Origin: a virus | Taxonomy: Duplodnaviria > Caudoviricetes | Virus record (IMG/VR): IMGVR_UViG_2595698517_000001 | Coordinates: 1 to 64,000 of that record | Reading direction: 5' to 3' (one strand) | DNA length: 64,000 bases | Shown here: positions 34,942 through 44,766 of the stretch, one piece after another | How positions within the stretch are numbered: position 1 is the stretch's first letter | Layout of the letters: the number at the start of each line of letters is the position of its first letter | The notes under the pieces: generated by a model | The model's database searches: none | The model's input: only the letters and a program-made list of their open reading frames with translations | Told to the model about the DNA's origin: nothing | Program-made: the position numbers and the translations under genes

Positions 34942-35354
34942 TTCTTATCCACCTGACCTTTTACAAAGTCCATTAAGTCTTGTAATGCGTAGTACTCAGG
35001 GTTCATAAGCTTTTTAATGCCTAATGTAATCCAGTCTATCTCATTCCATGCTACGATAATCGTAAATACTATAGCACCTGCAATAACAAACCCAAACAAT
35101 ACTTCTATACCTTCGTCCGCAAACATTTCCCATTTCTTGATAATCAGCTTATTAACCAGGAACCATACTACTGCTAGTACTACAAGCCAAATTAATGCTT
35201 TTACTAATAGACTAACACCATCTACGAATTGCTGCTTCACTAGTACTTCATATACATGTGTTGCTGCTACACCTAACTGTTTTGCTAACTCATCGATGAA
35301 TCCGCCTAGCTTGTCCGCTCTATCCATTAACCAATTGACTGCTTTATCACTCAT
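34938..35354 (-). CDS. Membrane protein
   Basis: LAKQLGVAATHVYEVLVKQ, two TM, NPEYYAL. Confidence 0.75.
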   Translation of the reverse strand: MSDKAVNWLMDRADKLGGFIDELAKQLGVAATHVYEVLVKQQFVDGVSLLVKALIWLVVLAVVWFLVNKLIIKKWEMFADEGIEVLFGFVIAGAIVFTIIVAWNEIDWITLGIKKLMNPEYYALQDLMDFVKGQVDKK

Positions 35355-35689
35355 TGTTCTTCCCCCTTAGGTTTTAATAGCCCTTCTTCTACAGCAGTAC
35401 AGTAGAAGTCTGCAATAGGAGCAAAAGGTACAGAAGTTGTTTTACCGCTCTCATGTATGCATGTCATCTGAGTAGGTCTAGCACCTTTCACAACTTTAAG
35501 TCCAGTTTTAGCTTCAGCTAGTCTCTTACCTATGTTTTTCATCTTATGTGCCCACTCAAGGAACCCTATCATATATGTGTGTGTTTGATTGGTTTTACCG
35601 TGCATAACTTCCTTGCGCCAGTAATCTCTAGTATCTAAATCTGCACCTTTACACTTAGAAATCGCTCTTCTTCTTACTCTTCTGCTCAT
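35351..35689 (-). CDS. Hypothetical protein
   Basis: RBS AAGGAGG. Confidence 0.7.
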   Translation of the reverse strand: MSRRVRRRAISKCKGADLDTRDYWRKEVMHGKTNQTHTYMIGFLEWAHKMKNIGKRLAEAKTGLKVVKGARPTQMTCIHESGKTTSVPFAPIADFYCTAVEEGLLKPKGEEQ

Positions 35690-35903
35690 TTTGCTCCTCC
35701 TTAAGTTCTCTTACAACAATGTAAGTTAGTACCGTACCTACTACCCAAGGAAGTATCACAAGAGCGATAGTTCCAGGCATTGTAGTGTATACTTCCCATT
35801 TTAAATTAGTTAGTAATAGATTTAATCCCATGCTTGACATAAAGATAACCATTACCCATATCCCTAAGAAACTTAGTATGTAGCCTGAGCTTATATTCTT
35901 CAT
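35655..35903 (-). CDS. Membrane protein
   Basis: Two TM helices. Confidence 0.65.
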   Translation of the reverse strand: MKNISSGYILSFLGIWVMVIFMSSMGLNLLLTNLKWEVYTTMPGTIALVILPWVVGTVLTYIVVRELKEEQNEQKSKKKSDF

Positions 35904-36172
35904 TTGCTACACTCCTTGTTTTCTATAGTAGAGGGGACAGGAACCTTGCCTGCCATATTAACTGTAGTTGTGTACTCACCTGTACCTACCAGTTCCCCTC
36001 CCCGATCATGACAATCTTTCCACTCGTAATACATACCAATAGCACTAATAGGTAATAAGATGATACAAGTGATTAGTAGTATCTTCATGAGTGCTTCAAG
36101 AAAGTCAGTTAACATAGTATCACTCCTCTTGCTTACTAAACCTAGTACGAATGCTTTCTGTAATGGCTTCAT
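35900..36172 (-). CDS. Membrane protein (start probably at MLTDF)
   Basis: TM helix, RBS GAGGAG. Confidence 0.6.
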   Translation of the reverse strand: MKPLQKAFVLGLVSKRSDTMLTDFLEALMKILLITCIILLPISAIGMYYEWKDCHDRGGELVGTGEYTTTVNMAGKVPVPSTIENKECSK

Positions 36173-36539
36173 ACTGTTCTAATGTGATTAAGTTGTTATT
36201 AAATAGTTCTGTTAGTATAATGTGATAATAAGCAGGATTATTTCTATCCTTTGCAAATGCTAGTGGGTATGTTTCTCGTATCTTCTTGTTATCCTCTATA
36301 GCCTTACCAAAGAAACCTTTACTATTTTTATCGATCACTGTTTTTAACTGCCTTACACCTATACCTGGTGCGGAGACTACAGTGATAATAGCTTCATCTT
36401 GCTTCTTGTTCATCATCCCATTAAGCCACACATCATAGCTACTTTGTACTACACCGTCACAACACCAGGTACCTTTAGCTAAATACTTACCACAACTTGG
36501 GCAGTTACCGTATATCATGTAATCACTGACAATAGCCAC
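36120..36539 (-). CDS. Hypothetical Zn-binding protein
   Basis: CPSC...CC. Confidence 0.65.
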   Translation of the reverse strand: MAIVSDYMIYGNCPSCGKYLAKGTWCCDGVVQSSYDVWLNGMMNKKQDEAIITVVSAPGIGVRQLKTVIDKNSKGFFGKAIEDNKKIRETYPLAFAKDRNNPAYYHIILTELFNNNLITLEQYEAITESIRTRFSKQEE

Positions 36540-36541
36540 TT

Positions 36542-36880
36542 CTATTCCCCCTTAAATCGTTTTGATATGAATGAGTACTTATTGTGTAATGCTCTCTCCT
36601 CGTATACCTCATTAACCGCAGGAGATATTTCTAGGAAATACCAGGCTGTAACTAACAGAGCGTACATTATACTAAATATTATCACCATTAGGTTTAACAT
36701 ATGTTGAATGTCAGGTACAGGACGGAAGTATAAATAGATGTTTGCTGCTAGTATAATTAGTATGACTAGCCCAAATTCTTTTAGTGAAGGTAGCACCCTT
36801 TCATGCAGTAGCATTCGTAGCTTAACTTTAGTCTGTACACTCACCCCTATTCCTCCTCGTGACGCAGTTTGTATTCCCAT
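36542..36880 (-). CDS. Membrane protein
   Basis: Two TM helices. Confidence 0.6.
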   Translation of the reverse strand: MGIQTASRGGIGVSVQTKVKLRMLLHERVLPSLKEFGLVILIILAANIYLYFRPVPDIQHMLNLMVIIFSIMYALLVTAWYFLEISPAVNEVYEERALHNKYSFISKRFKGE

Positions 36881-37029
36881 TGTACATAGTAGTTATAAGA
36901 CTTTTCCAAGTTCTCAGGTAACATATCTTCGAAGCAACATTCTACTTCGTCACCTTTCATTGCAGCCATTCTATAACAGAAGTTAATCTTCTCTTCTAAT
37001 GTACGGTCTTCCATTCTTTTAGCTTCCAT
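36847..37029 (-). CDS. Hypothetical protein
   Basis: RBS GAGGAGG. Confidence 0.65.
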   Translation of the reverse strand: MEAKRMEDRTLEEKINFCYRMAAMKGDEVECCFEDMLPENLEKSYNYYVQWEYKLRHEEE

Positions 37030-37089
37030 GTTAATCCTCCTCTTAATAATGGAGGGGTGTAAGGTTAGTTACACCCGCACCGTCATATA

Positions 37090-37680
37090 TTAGTCACAGA
37101 ATGAACTGCTAGAACCACTGTCAGAGCTACTATAGCTACTTGAACTACTAGAGTGGTCACTATAACTGCTGCTTGAACTACTAGATGAGCTATGGTCACT
37201 CCATGAGCTGCTATGGCTACTGTGGCTGCTGCAAGAGTTAGAACTACTGCTACTACTTCTAGACGAATCATCGTCCGTATACGTGCTGCTAAGTGCCCCA
37301 AACGTCCATCCTGGATTGTAGTCATCATCGTTACGGTCTCTACTAGTGCTTCGGCTTGGTGTGCTAGTACTTGTTTGCTTACGTGCTGCTACAGAAGTAG
37401 ACTCATACTTTTTAGTAGGTGTTGAAGTAGAAGTGAATGTCTTTGGTGCTCCCGATGATACATGAACTGTAGACTTATAGCCCTGCTCACGTAAGTAGTC
37501 GTTCGTTTCTTTTCTAACTTGCTCTAAGCGCTCTTTACCTTTGTCAACCTTTTCAGTCTTCTTAATTTCTACTTTCTTCTGCTTTGGTTTTTGGGTATCC
37601 AAGTAACCCCAAATAGCTAGTCCCACCCAAATTGCTGCTAATATTAACATAATCCAAATAAACATGTAATCACTCCTCAA
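37090..37680 (-). CDS. Membrane-anchored protein with Ser-rich C-terminal tail
   Basis: N-terminal TM; poly-Ser tract. Confidence 0.75.
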   Translation of the reverse strand: MRSDYMFIWIMLILAAIWVGLAIWGYLDTQKPKQKKVEIKKTEKVDKGKERLEQVRKETNDYLREQGYKSTVHVSSGAPKTFTSTSTPTKKYESTSVAARKQTSTSTPSRSTSRDRNDDDYNPGWTFGALSSTYTDDDSSRSSSSSSNSCSSHSSHSSSWSDHSSSSSSSSSYSDHSSSSSSYSSSDSGSSSSFCD

Positions 37681-37705
37681 TTTAATAGTGTATAACTCTT
37701 AAGGA

Positions 37706-38050
37706 TCAGGCTAGGTACCAACCGCCTTCACCGTCATCCTTGTGCCCAATCTTATGTGCGTCAACGTCAGTTATCTTGCTTAGTGTTGCTTCTAAAGCAG
37801 CAGCCTGAGCCTTCATATCTTTCAGGTAGTCTTTCACTAGTTTCCACTGTACAGTAGCTCCGTGACCTTTTGTTACCTTAAGGTATGTACGGACTAATAC
37901 TCCTCCATTCCATACATGTAGATATACACCAGTACTATACAAGTCTGCACTATTCTTCGCTTCCTCAATATCAGCACCTACATATAGGACATTCTCCATA
38001 AACTGCTTGCTTTGGTATGTGCCAGTTAACTGAACTAAATAAGTTTCCAT
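37706..38050 (-). CDS. Hypothetical protein (paralogue of 38399-38737)
   Basis: Shared YxGxD...AK, VW..G, QW motifs. Confidence 0.7.
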   Translation of the reverse strand: METYLVQLTGTYQSKQFMENVLYVGADIEEAKNSADLYSTGVYLHVWNGGVLVRTYLKVTKGHGATVQWKLVKDYLKDMKAQAAALEATLSKITDVDAHKIGHKDDGEGGWYLA

Positions 38051-38051
38051 T

Positions 38052-38432
38052 TTACATCCCCCTATTAATTACTTTGGCAGTTGCATTGCCTTTAATGTTG
38101 TTACAATTGATAGAAGTACCTGATACTGCATTGCCACCTATGTTATTGCAGTTAACGCTTGTTCCTGCTTTAACATTGCCTGTAACGTTATTGCAATTTA
38201 CACTTGTACTTGACTCTACATTACCTGTAACATCGCCTTGAATATGTATAGATTCATCGCTAGTAATACGTTCTACTCCACTTTCAACTACAATCGTAAC
38301 TTTCTCATCCAAGGTACCGTCTTGTACCACACCATCTACAATAACTTGTCCATTGTTAACGATGATGTTATTACCTGAATACGACTTACCATTAATGTTT
38401 ATTCCGCTGTTTTTTCCAAAGAAGTTGAACAT
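38052..38432 (-). CDS. Beta-helix repeat protein
   Basis: (GNV.AGTSVNCNNI)-like repeats. Confidence 0.75.
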   Translation of the reverse strand: MFNFFGKNSGININGKSYSGNNIIVNNGQVIVDGVVQDGTLDEKVTIVVESGVERITSDESIHIQGDVTGNVESSTSVNCNNVTGNVKAGTSVNCNNIGGNAVSGTSINCNNIKGNATAKVINRGM

Positions 38433-38737
38433 TTCTTATCTTCCTCCTGTAATAAGATGTTAGCTGCCACGAGTGATTCTAGCTCTAGAGTAGATTTACG
38501 GATTTCTTCTGCAAGCTTTTCCTTACGATCGTAAGTTTTCACCCATTGCTTCTCCTCATGACCTTCTACTGTTCTACGTTCGTACGTTTCAATGTGGGTA
38601 CCTTCTAACCATACCGTAATTTTTGCACCATAACGTGCTCGTTCTTTTGCCATTTTAAAGTCCAACCCTGCATAAGGAACATCGAATGTCCCGTGGTACA
38701 TTGTACGTTCTGTTTCTGTTACATACACTCTATGCAT
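38399..38737 (-). CDS. Hypothetical protein
   Basis: RBS AAGGAGG. Confidence 0.7.
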   Translation of the reverse strand: MHRVYVTETERTMYHGTFDVPYAGLDFKMAKERARYGAKITVWLEGTHIETYERRTVEGHEEKQWVKTYDRKEKLAEEIRKSTLELESLVAANILLQEEDKKCSTSLEKTAE

Positions 38738-38749
38738 AAATTCCCCTCC

Positions 38750-38932
38750 TTAAAGTCCAAATAAGCTTGCGATGATACCTAAAAATATACCAATTATGAA
38801 GAATGCGCCAAGACCTGATAAAATGTATACGACTCCGAGCCACCCGAAAGTTGCGATTAGGAACCCACATCCGATCAGGAATACCATTAGGATGATAAAC
38901 ATACATCCTACTAGGATAGGTAGCTTTTCCAT
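38750..38932 (-). CDS. Small membrane protein
   Basis: Hydrophobic, RBS GGAGGAGG. Confidence 0.65.
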   Translation of the reverse strand: MEKLPILVGCMFIILMVFLIGCGFLIATFGWLGVVYILSGLGAFFIIGIFLGIIASLFGL

Positions 38933-39108
38933 TAATCCTCCTCCATTTCTGCTTGCATTTCTTTAATTGCTTGTAGAATATCTTCCTTGGAGAACTTATC
39001 CACATGATGTAAGTAATTCGCTGCAAACTTTACGTCTCCTGTTCCCGATATTACAATTTCGAAGATGGAGTCTTTAATCACTTTAATTGTTTCTTGGTTA
39101 TCAGCCAT
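38932..39108 (-). CDS. 58-aa hypothetical protein not in ORF track (MADNQETIKVIK...)
   Basis: RBS AGGAGGTG, TTGACA promoter near 39165. Confidence 0.65.
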   Translation of the reverse strand: MADNQETIKVIKDSIFEIVISGTGDVKFAANYLHHVDKFSKEDILQAIKEMQAEMEED

Positions 39109-39200
39109 GTATTCACCTCCTCATAACCTTGTAACCAAAGAATATCATAGAGGTTGTCCAAGTGTCAACAAAAAATATAAATAAAAAAAGATACAGAGTA

Positions 39201-39425
39201 TTAACCCTGTATCTCTTCTTCAGGCAGCTCCACTAAAATAGCTACCATCTTCTTATATCCTTTTTTAGGGCTACGGTTACTACCCTCACCTTGACCTGTA
39301 TACCGTCTAGTAATACTACCGTCTGACCAGGCACTGAAGCAGTTCACAATTTTCAGATGCTCCGCTACATTTAGATCAGCCAGGATGTCTTTCACTTTAC
39401 TAACGTCAGTTTGCTTCTTAGCCAT
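39201..39425 (-). CDS. Hypothetical protein
   Basis: Co-directional ORF. Confidence 0.6.
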   Translation of the reverse strand: MAKKQTDVSKVKDILADLNVAEHLKIVNCFSAWSDGSITRRYTGQGEGSNRSPKKGYKKMVAILVELPEEEIQG

Positions 39426-39427
39426 AC

Positions 39428-39850
39428 TTAGCAGCCTATTCCAATGCAGAAGTCGCCAGTCTCTTCTTCCACGAAAGTTTCCTGATTAGGGTTGCGTACA
39501 ATACCGCCTGCATCGTAATCTACGCTACCCCAGTACACTTCTATATTTTGATTTTCGTCTTCGTCATCGAAAGCAAGAGTGATAGATATGATGTCGCTCG
39601 TTTTAAGGATCGCTACTACTGTTTCACTGTGAGATTCAAAGTGCTCGACAAACCCTGGGTCTCGACACTCGTTAGGAGTCTTTTTAATGCGTATACGTGT
39701 TCTTCGAGCTCCTAGTGAATCGTATACATTACCCTCGCTAACAAGAATACCTGACTGTAGACTATCGAATTTGATATACTCTATAAGGTCTTTACCTACA
39801 GTCAATTTCCCTCCGTTTTGCATATAAAAAATAACGTCTTTAAATTCCAT
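39428..39850 (-). CDS. Hypothetical protein
   Basis: Co-directional ORF. Confidence 0.7.
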   Translation of the reverse strand: MEFKDVIFYMQNGGKLTVGKDLIEYIKFDSLQSGILVSEGNVYDSLGARRTRIRIKKTPNECRDPGFVEHFESHSETVVAILKTSDIISITLAFDDEDENQNIEVYWGSVDYDAGGIVRNPNQETFVEEETGDFCIGIGC

Positions 39851-39851
39851 A

Positions 39852-40280
39852 CTATTCCTTGTCCCCTTTCAAGAAGCCTTCTAAGTCGTCTAGCTCTAGC
39901 TCAGTCTTCTTATCTTCAGATAACAGTTTGTCTAACTTAGCTTCTGCACGCTGTAACTCACGAAGCTCCTCTGCTTTAGTTAGCTGCGTGTATCGTGCTT
40001 TACAATCCTTTAACATACCTTGTACAGAGTTACCACTCATTTTTACAGATGCTAACGGTAAGTCTTGTGCTTCAGCAGATACTAGTAAGGAATGGAATAG
40101 TGAGATAAAGAGTGGCAGCTCATCCTCACGTAATACACGGATATTCTTTTTCTCGTTATTCCAAGTGAATAAACAGTTAGTTTCAGTCTTAAGAATCTCG
40201 TTCCAATCCCCTAACTTTTCACGTTTCTCCTCGATCAGTTTCTTTAATGCTAAAATACGAGCGTCATTATTCTTTGCCAT
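39852..40280 (-). CDS. Coiled-coil hypothetical protein
   Basis: RBS AGGAGG; LDKLLSEDKKTELEL. Confidence 0.75.
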   Translation of the reverse strand: MAKNNDARILALKKLIEEKREKLGDWNEILKTETNCLFTWNNEKKNIRVLREDELPLFISLFHSLLVSAEAQDLPLASVKMSGNSVQGMLKDCKARYTQLTKAEELRELQRAEAKLDKLLSEDKKTELELDDLEGFLKGDKE

Positions 40281-40292
40281 TATTGTTTCCTC

Positions 40293-40625
40293 CTATTTCT
40301 TTGGTTGGAATGTCTCACCATATAGTTCCATAAACTCTTCAAACGTACAACTTATTACAGGCTTTACACCTTTATACCCTAAGAACTGGTACCAGGCGTA
40401 GTCTACCATATCATCAGGGTCACTATGGAACCTACAGTCTACTAACTGGAATATTCCTGTCTTACCTGATCTCATCTCAGTTTCCCATAATGTATTCGCA
40501 CTGTAGCCAAACCTATGTAGATAAAAGCCTGAACCTCGGTTAAAGTCGTGAAACTTCTTACCACTGGTACGGTCTCTCCATATTCTATACTTCTTCCAGT
40601 TTTTAAGCTTATATAGTAAACCCAC
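40293..40625 (-). CDS. Hypothetical protein
   Basis: RBS AGGAGG. Confidence 0.7.
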   Translation of the reverse strand: MGLLYKLKNWKKYRIWRDRTSGKKFHDFNRGSGFYLHRFGYSANTLWETEMRSGKTGIFQLVDCRFHSDPDDMVDYAWYQFLGYKGVKPVISCTFEEFMELYGETFQPKK

Positions 40626-40636
40626 AGTAGCCCCTC

Positions 40637-41038
40637 CTACTTCTTATTACTTGTTTGTAAATCAATATCAGGAATAATTGTTTCAGGTCTGAAGATTACT
40701 TTGTAGTGGTACGCATCTTCATACTTTGCATCCGTCTGTTCAATGAAATAAGTAACATTGTCACTCAATCCAAGATAGTGTTTTTTATACTGGTCTTTAC
40801 CTACTTTACATGTAATGCTTACTTTCTTATCACTACTAGCATCAAGCGCACATAAACCTTCAACTGACAGTAAATACTTATCAGTGATACCATTGACAAA
40901 TACTACTCTGCGCTGCACTTCAAAGGAATCTGCTGATTTCGATAAGTTCTGAGAAACTGTATCTGCTTCTGTACTACAACCTGCTAGACCTACCATTGCC
41001 ATAATAGCTAACAAACCTGCGTAAATTAGTTTTTTCAT
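40637..41038 (-). CDS. Conserved phage lipoprotein
   Basis: Lipobox LAGC; RRVVFVNGITDKYLL, YKKHYLGLSDNVTY. Confidence 0.8.
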   Translation of the reverse strand: MKKLIYAGLLAIMAMVGLAGCSTEADTVSQNLSKSADSFEVQRRVVFVNGITDKYLLSVEGLCALDASSDKKVSITCKVGKDQYKKHYLGLSDNVTYFIEQTDAKYEDAYHYKVIFRPETIIPDIDLQTSNKK

Positions 41039-41039
41039 A

Positions 41040-41426
41040 CTATTTTACCTCCTGGATAGTATCTATATTCGGGTACATTGAGAAGATTGGTACTCGGAAG
41101 CCACGCATCTTCACTTTGTATTTTTTACCTGTATGTACTTTAGCCTGGATGTCTGCTGAGTCCCATTTAAGCATTAATAAGCTATCTTTGTTCACTAATA
41201 CTTTCTCATCCTCGTTCTTTTCTTGTACAACTACATAGAAGTGGTCTGAGTCACCTTTACGCTTGTTATACTTCTCTGTAACTACACCCTCTACTTCAGA
41301 TACATGAAAGTAACTGAAGATAGAGAATGACATGATTAGTGCCAGGAAGCACAGTCCTACGATCACTTTAAGCTTGTCCATCTTGTTTTTCCTCCTCTTC
41401 CTTACATCTCTCACAGTTTTCATCAT
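41040..41426 (-). CDS. DUF1523-like membrane protein
   Basis: TM then NKDSLLMLKWDSAD, GFRVPIFSMYPNI. Confidence 0.7.
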   Translation of the reverse strand: MMKTVRDVRKRRKNKMDKLKVIVGLCFLALIMSFSIFSYFHVSEVEGVVTEKYNKRKGDSDHFYVVVQEKNEDEKVLVNKDSLLMLKWDSADIQAKVHTGKKYKVKMRGFRVPIFSMYPNIDTIQEVK

Positions 41427-41501
41427 CTATATAAGCAACTACGCATCTAGGCTCCCACTCTTCCATTTTCTTTTTGAAATGCTTCTTGCAGAGAGTCTCC
41501 A

Positions 41502-42617
41502 TTATGCTTTCTCCTTCCGAAGGAAGTTACCATTAGATAGATACACTTTACGATGTTTTGAAGGTTGTAACTGCTCGTGTAACTCTTCTAGTGAACCGCT
41601 AAATACTTGAACATCTCTTTCAGAATAACGTCTATCATAGTCCCAAAAGCTTGCTCTGTATTTATACCCGATGATTTCCCCTTTGTCACCCCAACGCCAG
41701 TTACGCTCGTATATAGCTTCTTTATGGATATTAACCTCTTCGTTCTTATATTCCCCTTGTGTTACATACAGTCGTGGAGTAGAGCGGTTTTCCCACTGAC
41801 CTTCCATGTACTTATTTAGCGCTTCTAAAGACAATGGACTGTACTCATATGCGTCCTCATCAATCGGGGAGTATTCTTCCCAGTGCTCCATAAGCTCGAT
41901 CATATCTGCATACCGTTCATGAGGTACCTCAGAAGCAGAACGAACAAACATTTTATTAATATTACTTGTAGCACTGACTGATACTTTTTGCTCACCTTCA
42001 GCATTCGTCCATACTCGACCAAAATAGAAATGCTTTGCACTCTTTTTCTTACCAGTCCAACTATTATAGTTGTGGTATTTTCCTAAGAATACTTTTTCGT
42101 CCCCATTTGTTGTAACGTAAGCGAACCCAGGCTTTAACTCTTTAGGCTTAACAAACAGGTCTTCTTTGACCATTGTGTTATACTCTATGATCTCTGCATA
42201 ATCAGGAGAGTCTACAGGAAGCAGTACAAGCTGTGTATTATCCCAGGCATATACAAACTCACCTTCTAAGCCCTTTCCTTTGTTACACACGCAGTTTTCT
42301 AGAATGAACATAAGGTTAGGTATTGTAATCTCTATCTCGAAGCCCCGAGGATCGTAGACACGTACATAAGACTGCCTGTGGTTCCATCCTGTAGAATACC
42401 CACCTGCTTTTTTATTCAGTACTAACCCTGAAGTCGGTACGTTATCAACCACCATAGGCTCAATCTTCTTATGTCTCCAACTCTCCCAGGACGCTTCTTT
42501 ACGTAGTACGCCTTTCTCGTCCCAGTAGATGATATAGGCTAGTTGCCCATCGTATGTATCTCGTCCACCCTGGAAACCAATCTTAAGCTTGTCAGGTACC
42601 TTTAAATTAGTCTTCAA
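41502..42617 (-). CDS. Conserved phage hypothetical protein
   Basis: Long ORF, YDPRGFEIEIT motif. Confidence 0.8.
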   Translation of the reverse strand: MKTNLKVPDKLKIGFQGGRDTYDGQLAYIIYWDEKGVLRKEASWESWRHKKIEPMVVDNVPTSGLVLNKKAGGYSTGWNHRQSYVRVYDPRGFEIEITIPNLMFILENCVCNKGKGLEGEFVYAWDNTQLVLLPVDSPDYAEIIEYNTMVKEDLFVKPKELKPGFAYVTTNGDEKVFLGKYHNYNSWTGKKKSAKHFYFGRVWTNAEGEQKVSVSATSNINKMFVRSASEVPHERYADMIELMEHWEEYSPIDEDAYEYSPLSLEALNKYMEGQWENRSTPRLYVTQGEYKNEEVNIHKEAIYERNWRWGDKGEIIGYKYRASFWDYDRRYSERDVQVFSGSLEELHEQLQPSKHRKVYLSNGNFLRKEKA

Positions 42618-43375
42618 TTTGTTTCCTCCTTAAGTGGAATAGGTTGTACAACGTTAAACCCTAGTCTTTTAGCTTCTGCTACGTCAAAACCTTCGTCCAG
42701 GTGCATACAGTATACCGAGCCACGATTCGCCTTGATAAGCTCACTAAGCTCTCTAAGCGATAGGTGTACATTTCCTTTGTAATCTGCTATACACGTATCT
42801 TGGTAAAAGTAATCGATTTTACCTTGCTCGTGCATAGTGGCAATGTATGGAGATATGAAGTTAGAGTCTCCGCTATAGTAAATTGTTTGGTCTTTGTACG
42901 AGATTAGGTACCCATAACATTGTAGTGCCGACACATGACGTGTAGGAACCACTGAGAATTGAATATGGAAGTCACCTTTTTTAAATCCTGGTGGATACTC
43001 GTTAGACGAATCAAACTGGATTAGTCTGTAAGCGTCTCTACCTACGCCCATACCTTCTAACACTTTACTAATCTTCATATCATATGGAGCGTATACAGTG
43101 GTTGCTATAGCTCCCATTTTACCCATCTTATATTTACTGAAGAAGATAAGGTCTCCAAGCGATCCTACATGGTCAGGGTGTGTATGAGTCATTAGTACTA
43201 CAATTTCCTCTACACCTTCTAACAGGTCGCTACGTCTGATTCTGTCGAAGTTAGCACTACCGCAGTCAATCATGAATAGTACGTTACCTTCCTTAATGAA
43301 AGCACTGTTGTTACCTAAAGCTGTGTTAAACGCACTCCCGCATCCAATAAAGTTTAACATGTTGTTCCTCCTCAA
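42614..43375 (-). CDS. Metallo-beta-lactamase-fold hydrolase, Apyc1-like
   Basis: GCGSAF, NNS, IDCG, THTHPDH, PTRHVS, YSGD, VHLSLREL, MH. Confidence 0.8.
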   Translation of the reverse strand: MRRNNMLNFIGCGSAFNTALGNNSAFIKEGNVLFMIDCGSANFDRIRRSDLLEGVEEIVVLMTHTHPDHVGSLGDLIFFSKYKMGKMGAIATTVYAPYDMKISKVLEGMGVGRDAYRLIQFDSSNEYPPGFKKGDFHIQFSVVPTRHVSALQCYGYLISYKDQTIYYSGDSNFISPYIATMHEQGKIDYFYQDTCIADYKGNVHLSLRELSELIKANRGSVYCMHLDEGFDVAEAKRLGFNVVQPIPLKEETN

Positions 43376-43569
43376 CCAAATATGATTTCATAAACTGGTA
43401 CATCTTGGTATGTTGCTACCCAAGGCATACACAGTGTATAAATCAGGAATAATATCATTATAGCTTTTATAAGCTTGCTTTTCCCTAACTGATAAGCTAA
43501 CCATATGCCAAAGGCGGCTAGTAGAATCATTGGGATGCATAGTATGTATGCTGCTAATAACACCATCAA
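43372..43569 (-). CDS. Small membrane protein
   Basis: Two TM helices. Confidence 0.6.
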   Translation of the reverse strand: MMVLLAAYILCIPMILLAAFGIWLAYQLGKSKLIKAIMILFLIYTLCMPWVATYQDVPVYEIIFG

Positions 43570-43616
43570 AGGCTTGTCCTCCTTTATTTAAAAGAAGTAG
43601 GGGAAACCCCCTACTC

Positions 43617-44714
43617 TTAAGCTAAATTGTAGTTAACACCGACTTCTCTTACATGAGTAATGACTACAGATTCAACTGTAACTTGTGCCACGTCTTCACT
43701 GTCAGACTGTAATTCTGTCTGTACGTATTCACCTTCAAGTGTCATGCAGTTAGCACCTTCCACAATGTTACCTGGGTCGAATGTAATAACTAGGTAGTCA
43801 TCACGATCAATGTATTTATCCAGGCGAATCTCTTCACTGAATAGGCTAAGGTTTCGGTCTTTGAAGTCGATAACTCTGCCGCCAGTTAGAGTAACCTTCA
43901 CATCGTAACGTTGTGTCTCAGTTGTTAGGATGTTTAAGTCACCGATAGAAGAGCGGAATGTGTAACCTTCGTTTAACTCGAATGCGATCGCACGTAAGCT
44001 ATCATAGTTAAGTTTCACACGGTTTGCAAACGATACAACATGTTTGATTTCACCGTGGTACTGCTCGTCCACTTTGTCACGTAAGTAGATTTCAACTTCA
44101 GCAGATGATGGATAGTCGAAACGGATATGGTAATGGAATCGACCAGGACGACTAAGCATGAAGCTATTTACTTTATGTAAATCGTTAACTGTGATAGCAT
44201 ACATACGTTTCTTTTGAGATGTACCATCGAATAGTCCTAGTAAACTGTCTTGCTTTTCTGCATCTTCATTACGTGGGTTGAACATCTTTTCAAATTCATC
44301 GAATACAACTAAGCATTCCTGGTCAATCGATTCAATGAAGTCTGCAATCCCTGGGTACGCTTTTGGAACCATGATAACAGGAATGTCTAAATCCTCTACA
44401 ACTCGTTCACCAATTAACTGCACGAACATTGATTTACCCATACCTTTGTGACCACTTAATATGATACCTAAGCTACGATCGAACTTGTTGTATGATTTTA
44501 GAACTTTATCAATCTTCTCCTGGTGGCTACCGTAAATCTTTTCTTCTTTAGATACAAAGTTGTCAATTCTTTCTAAGAAGAAGCCTGATCGTGGGTGGAA
44601 CTCTGCTTTGTATGTACCCGCAGGTAATTTATCGTAAGTTTTTAAGTCATCCCCATAGATTCTGTATGTAGTACCAACGCTAACGATTTTCATAATAATT
44701 TTTCTCCTCTTCAT
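43617..44714 (-). CDS. AAA+ ATPase
   Basis: GHKGMGKS, VFDEFEK, SRPGRF. Confidence 0.9.
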   Translation of the reverse strand: MKRRKIIMKIVSVGTTYRIYGDDLKTYDKLPAGTYKAEFHPRSGFFLERIDNFVSKEEKIYGSHQEKIDKVLKSYNKFDRSLGIILSGHKGMGKSMFVQLIGERVVEDLDIPVIMVPKAYPGIADFIESIDQECLVVFDEFEKMFNPRNEDAEKQDSLLGLFDGTSQKKRMYAITVNDLHKVNSFMLSRPGRFHYHIRFDYPSSAEVEIYLRDKVDEQYHGEIKHVVSFANRVKLNYDSLRAIAFELNEGYTFRSSIGDLNILTTETQRYDVKVTLTGGRVIDFKDRNLSLFSEEIRLDKYIDRDDYLVITFDPGNIVEGANCMTLEGEYVQTELQSDSEDVAQVTVESVVITHVREVGVNYNLA

Positions 44715-44766
44715 TTAAGTTTAGTTTTTTATTATTTAATGGAGCAGGGGGCGAACCCCCTACTGT

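Noticed and set aside
37083-37328. Alternative-frame Val/Ala-rich ORF
   Set aside because: Frame-shifted reading of the Ser-repeat gene
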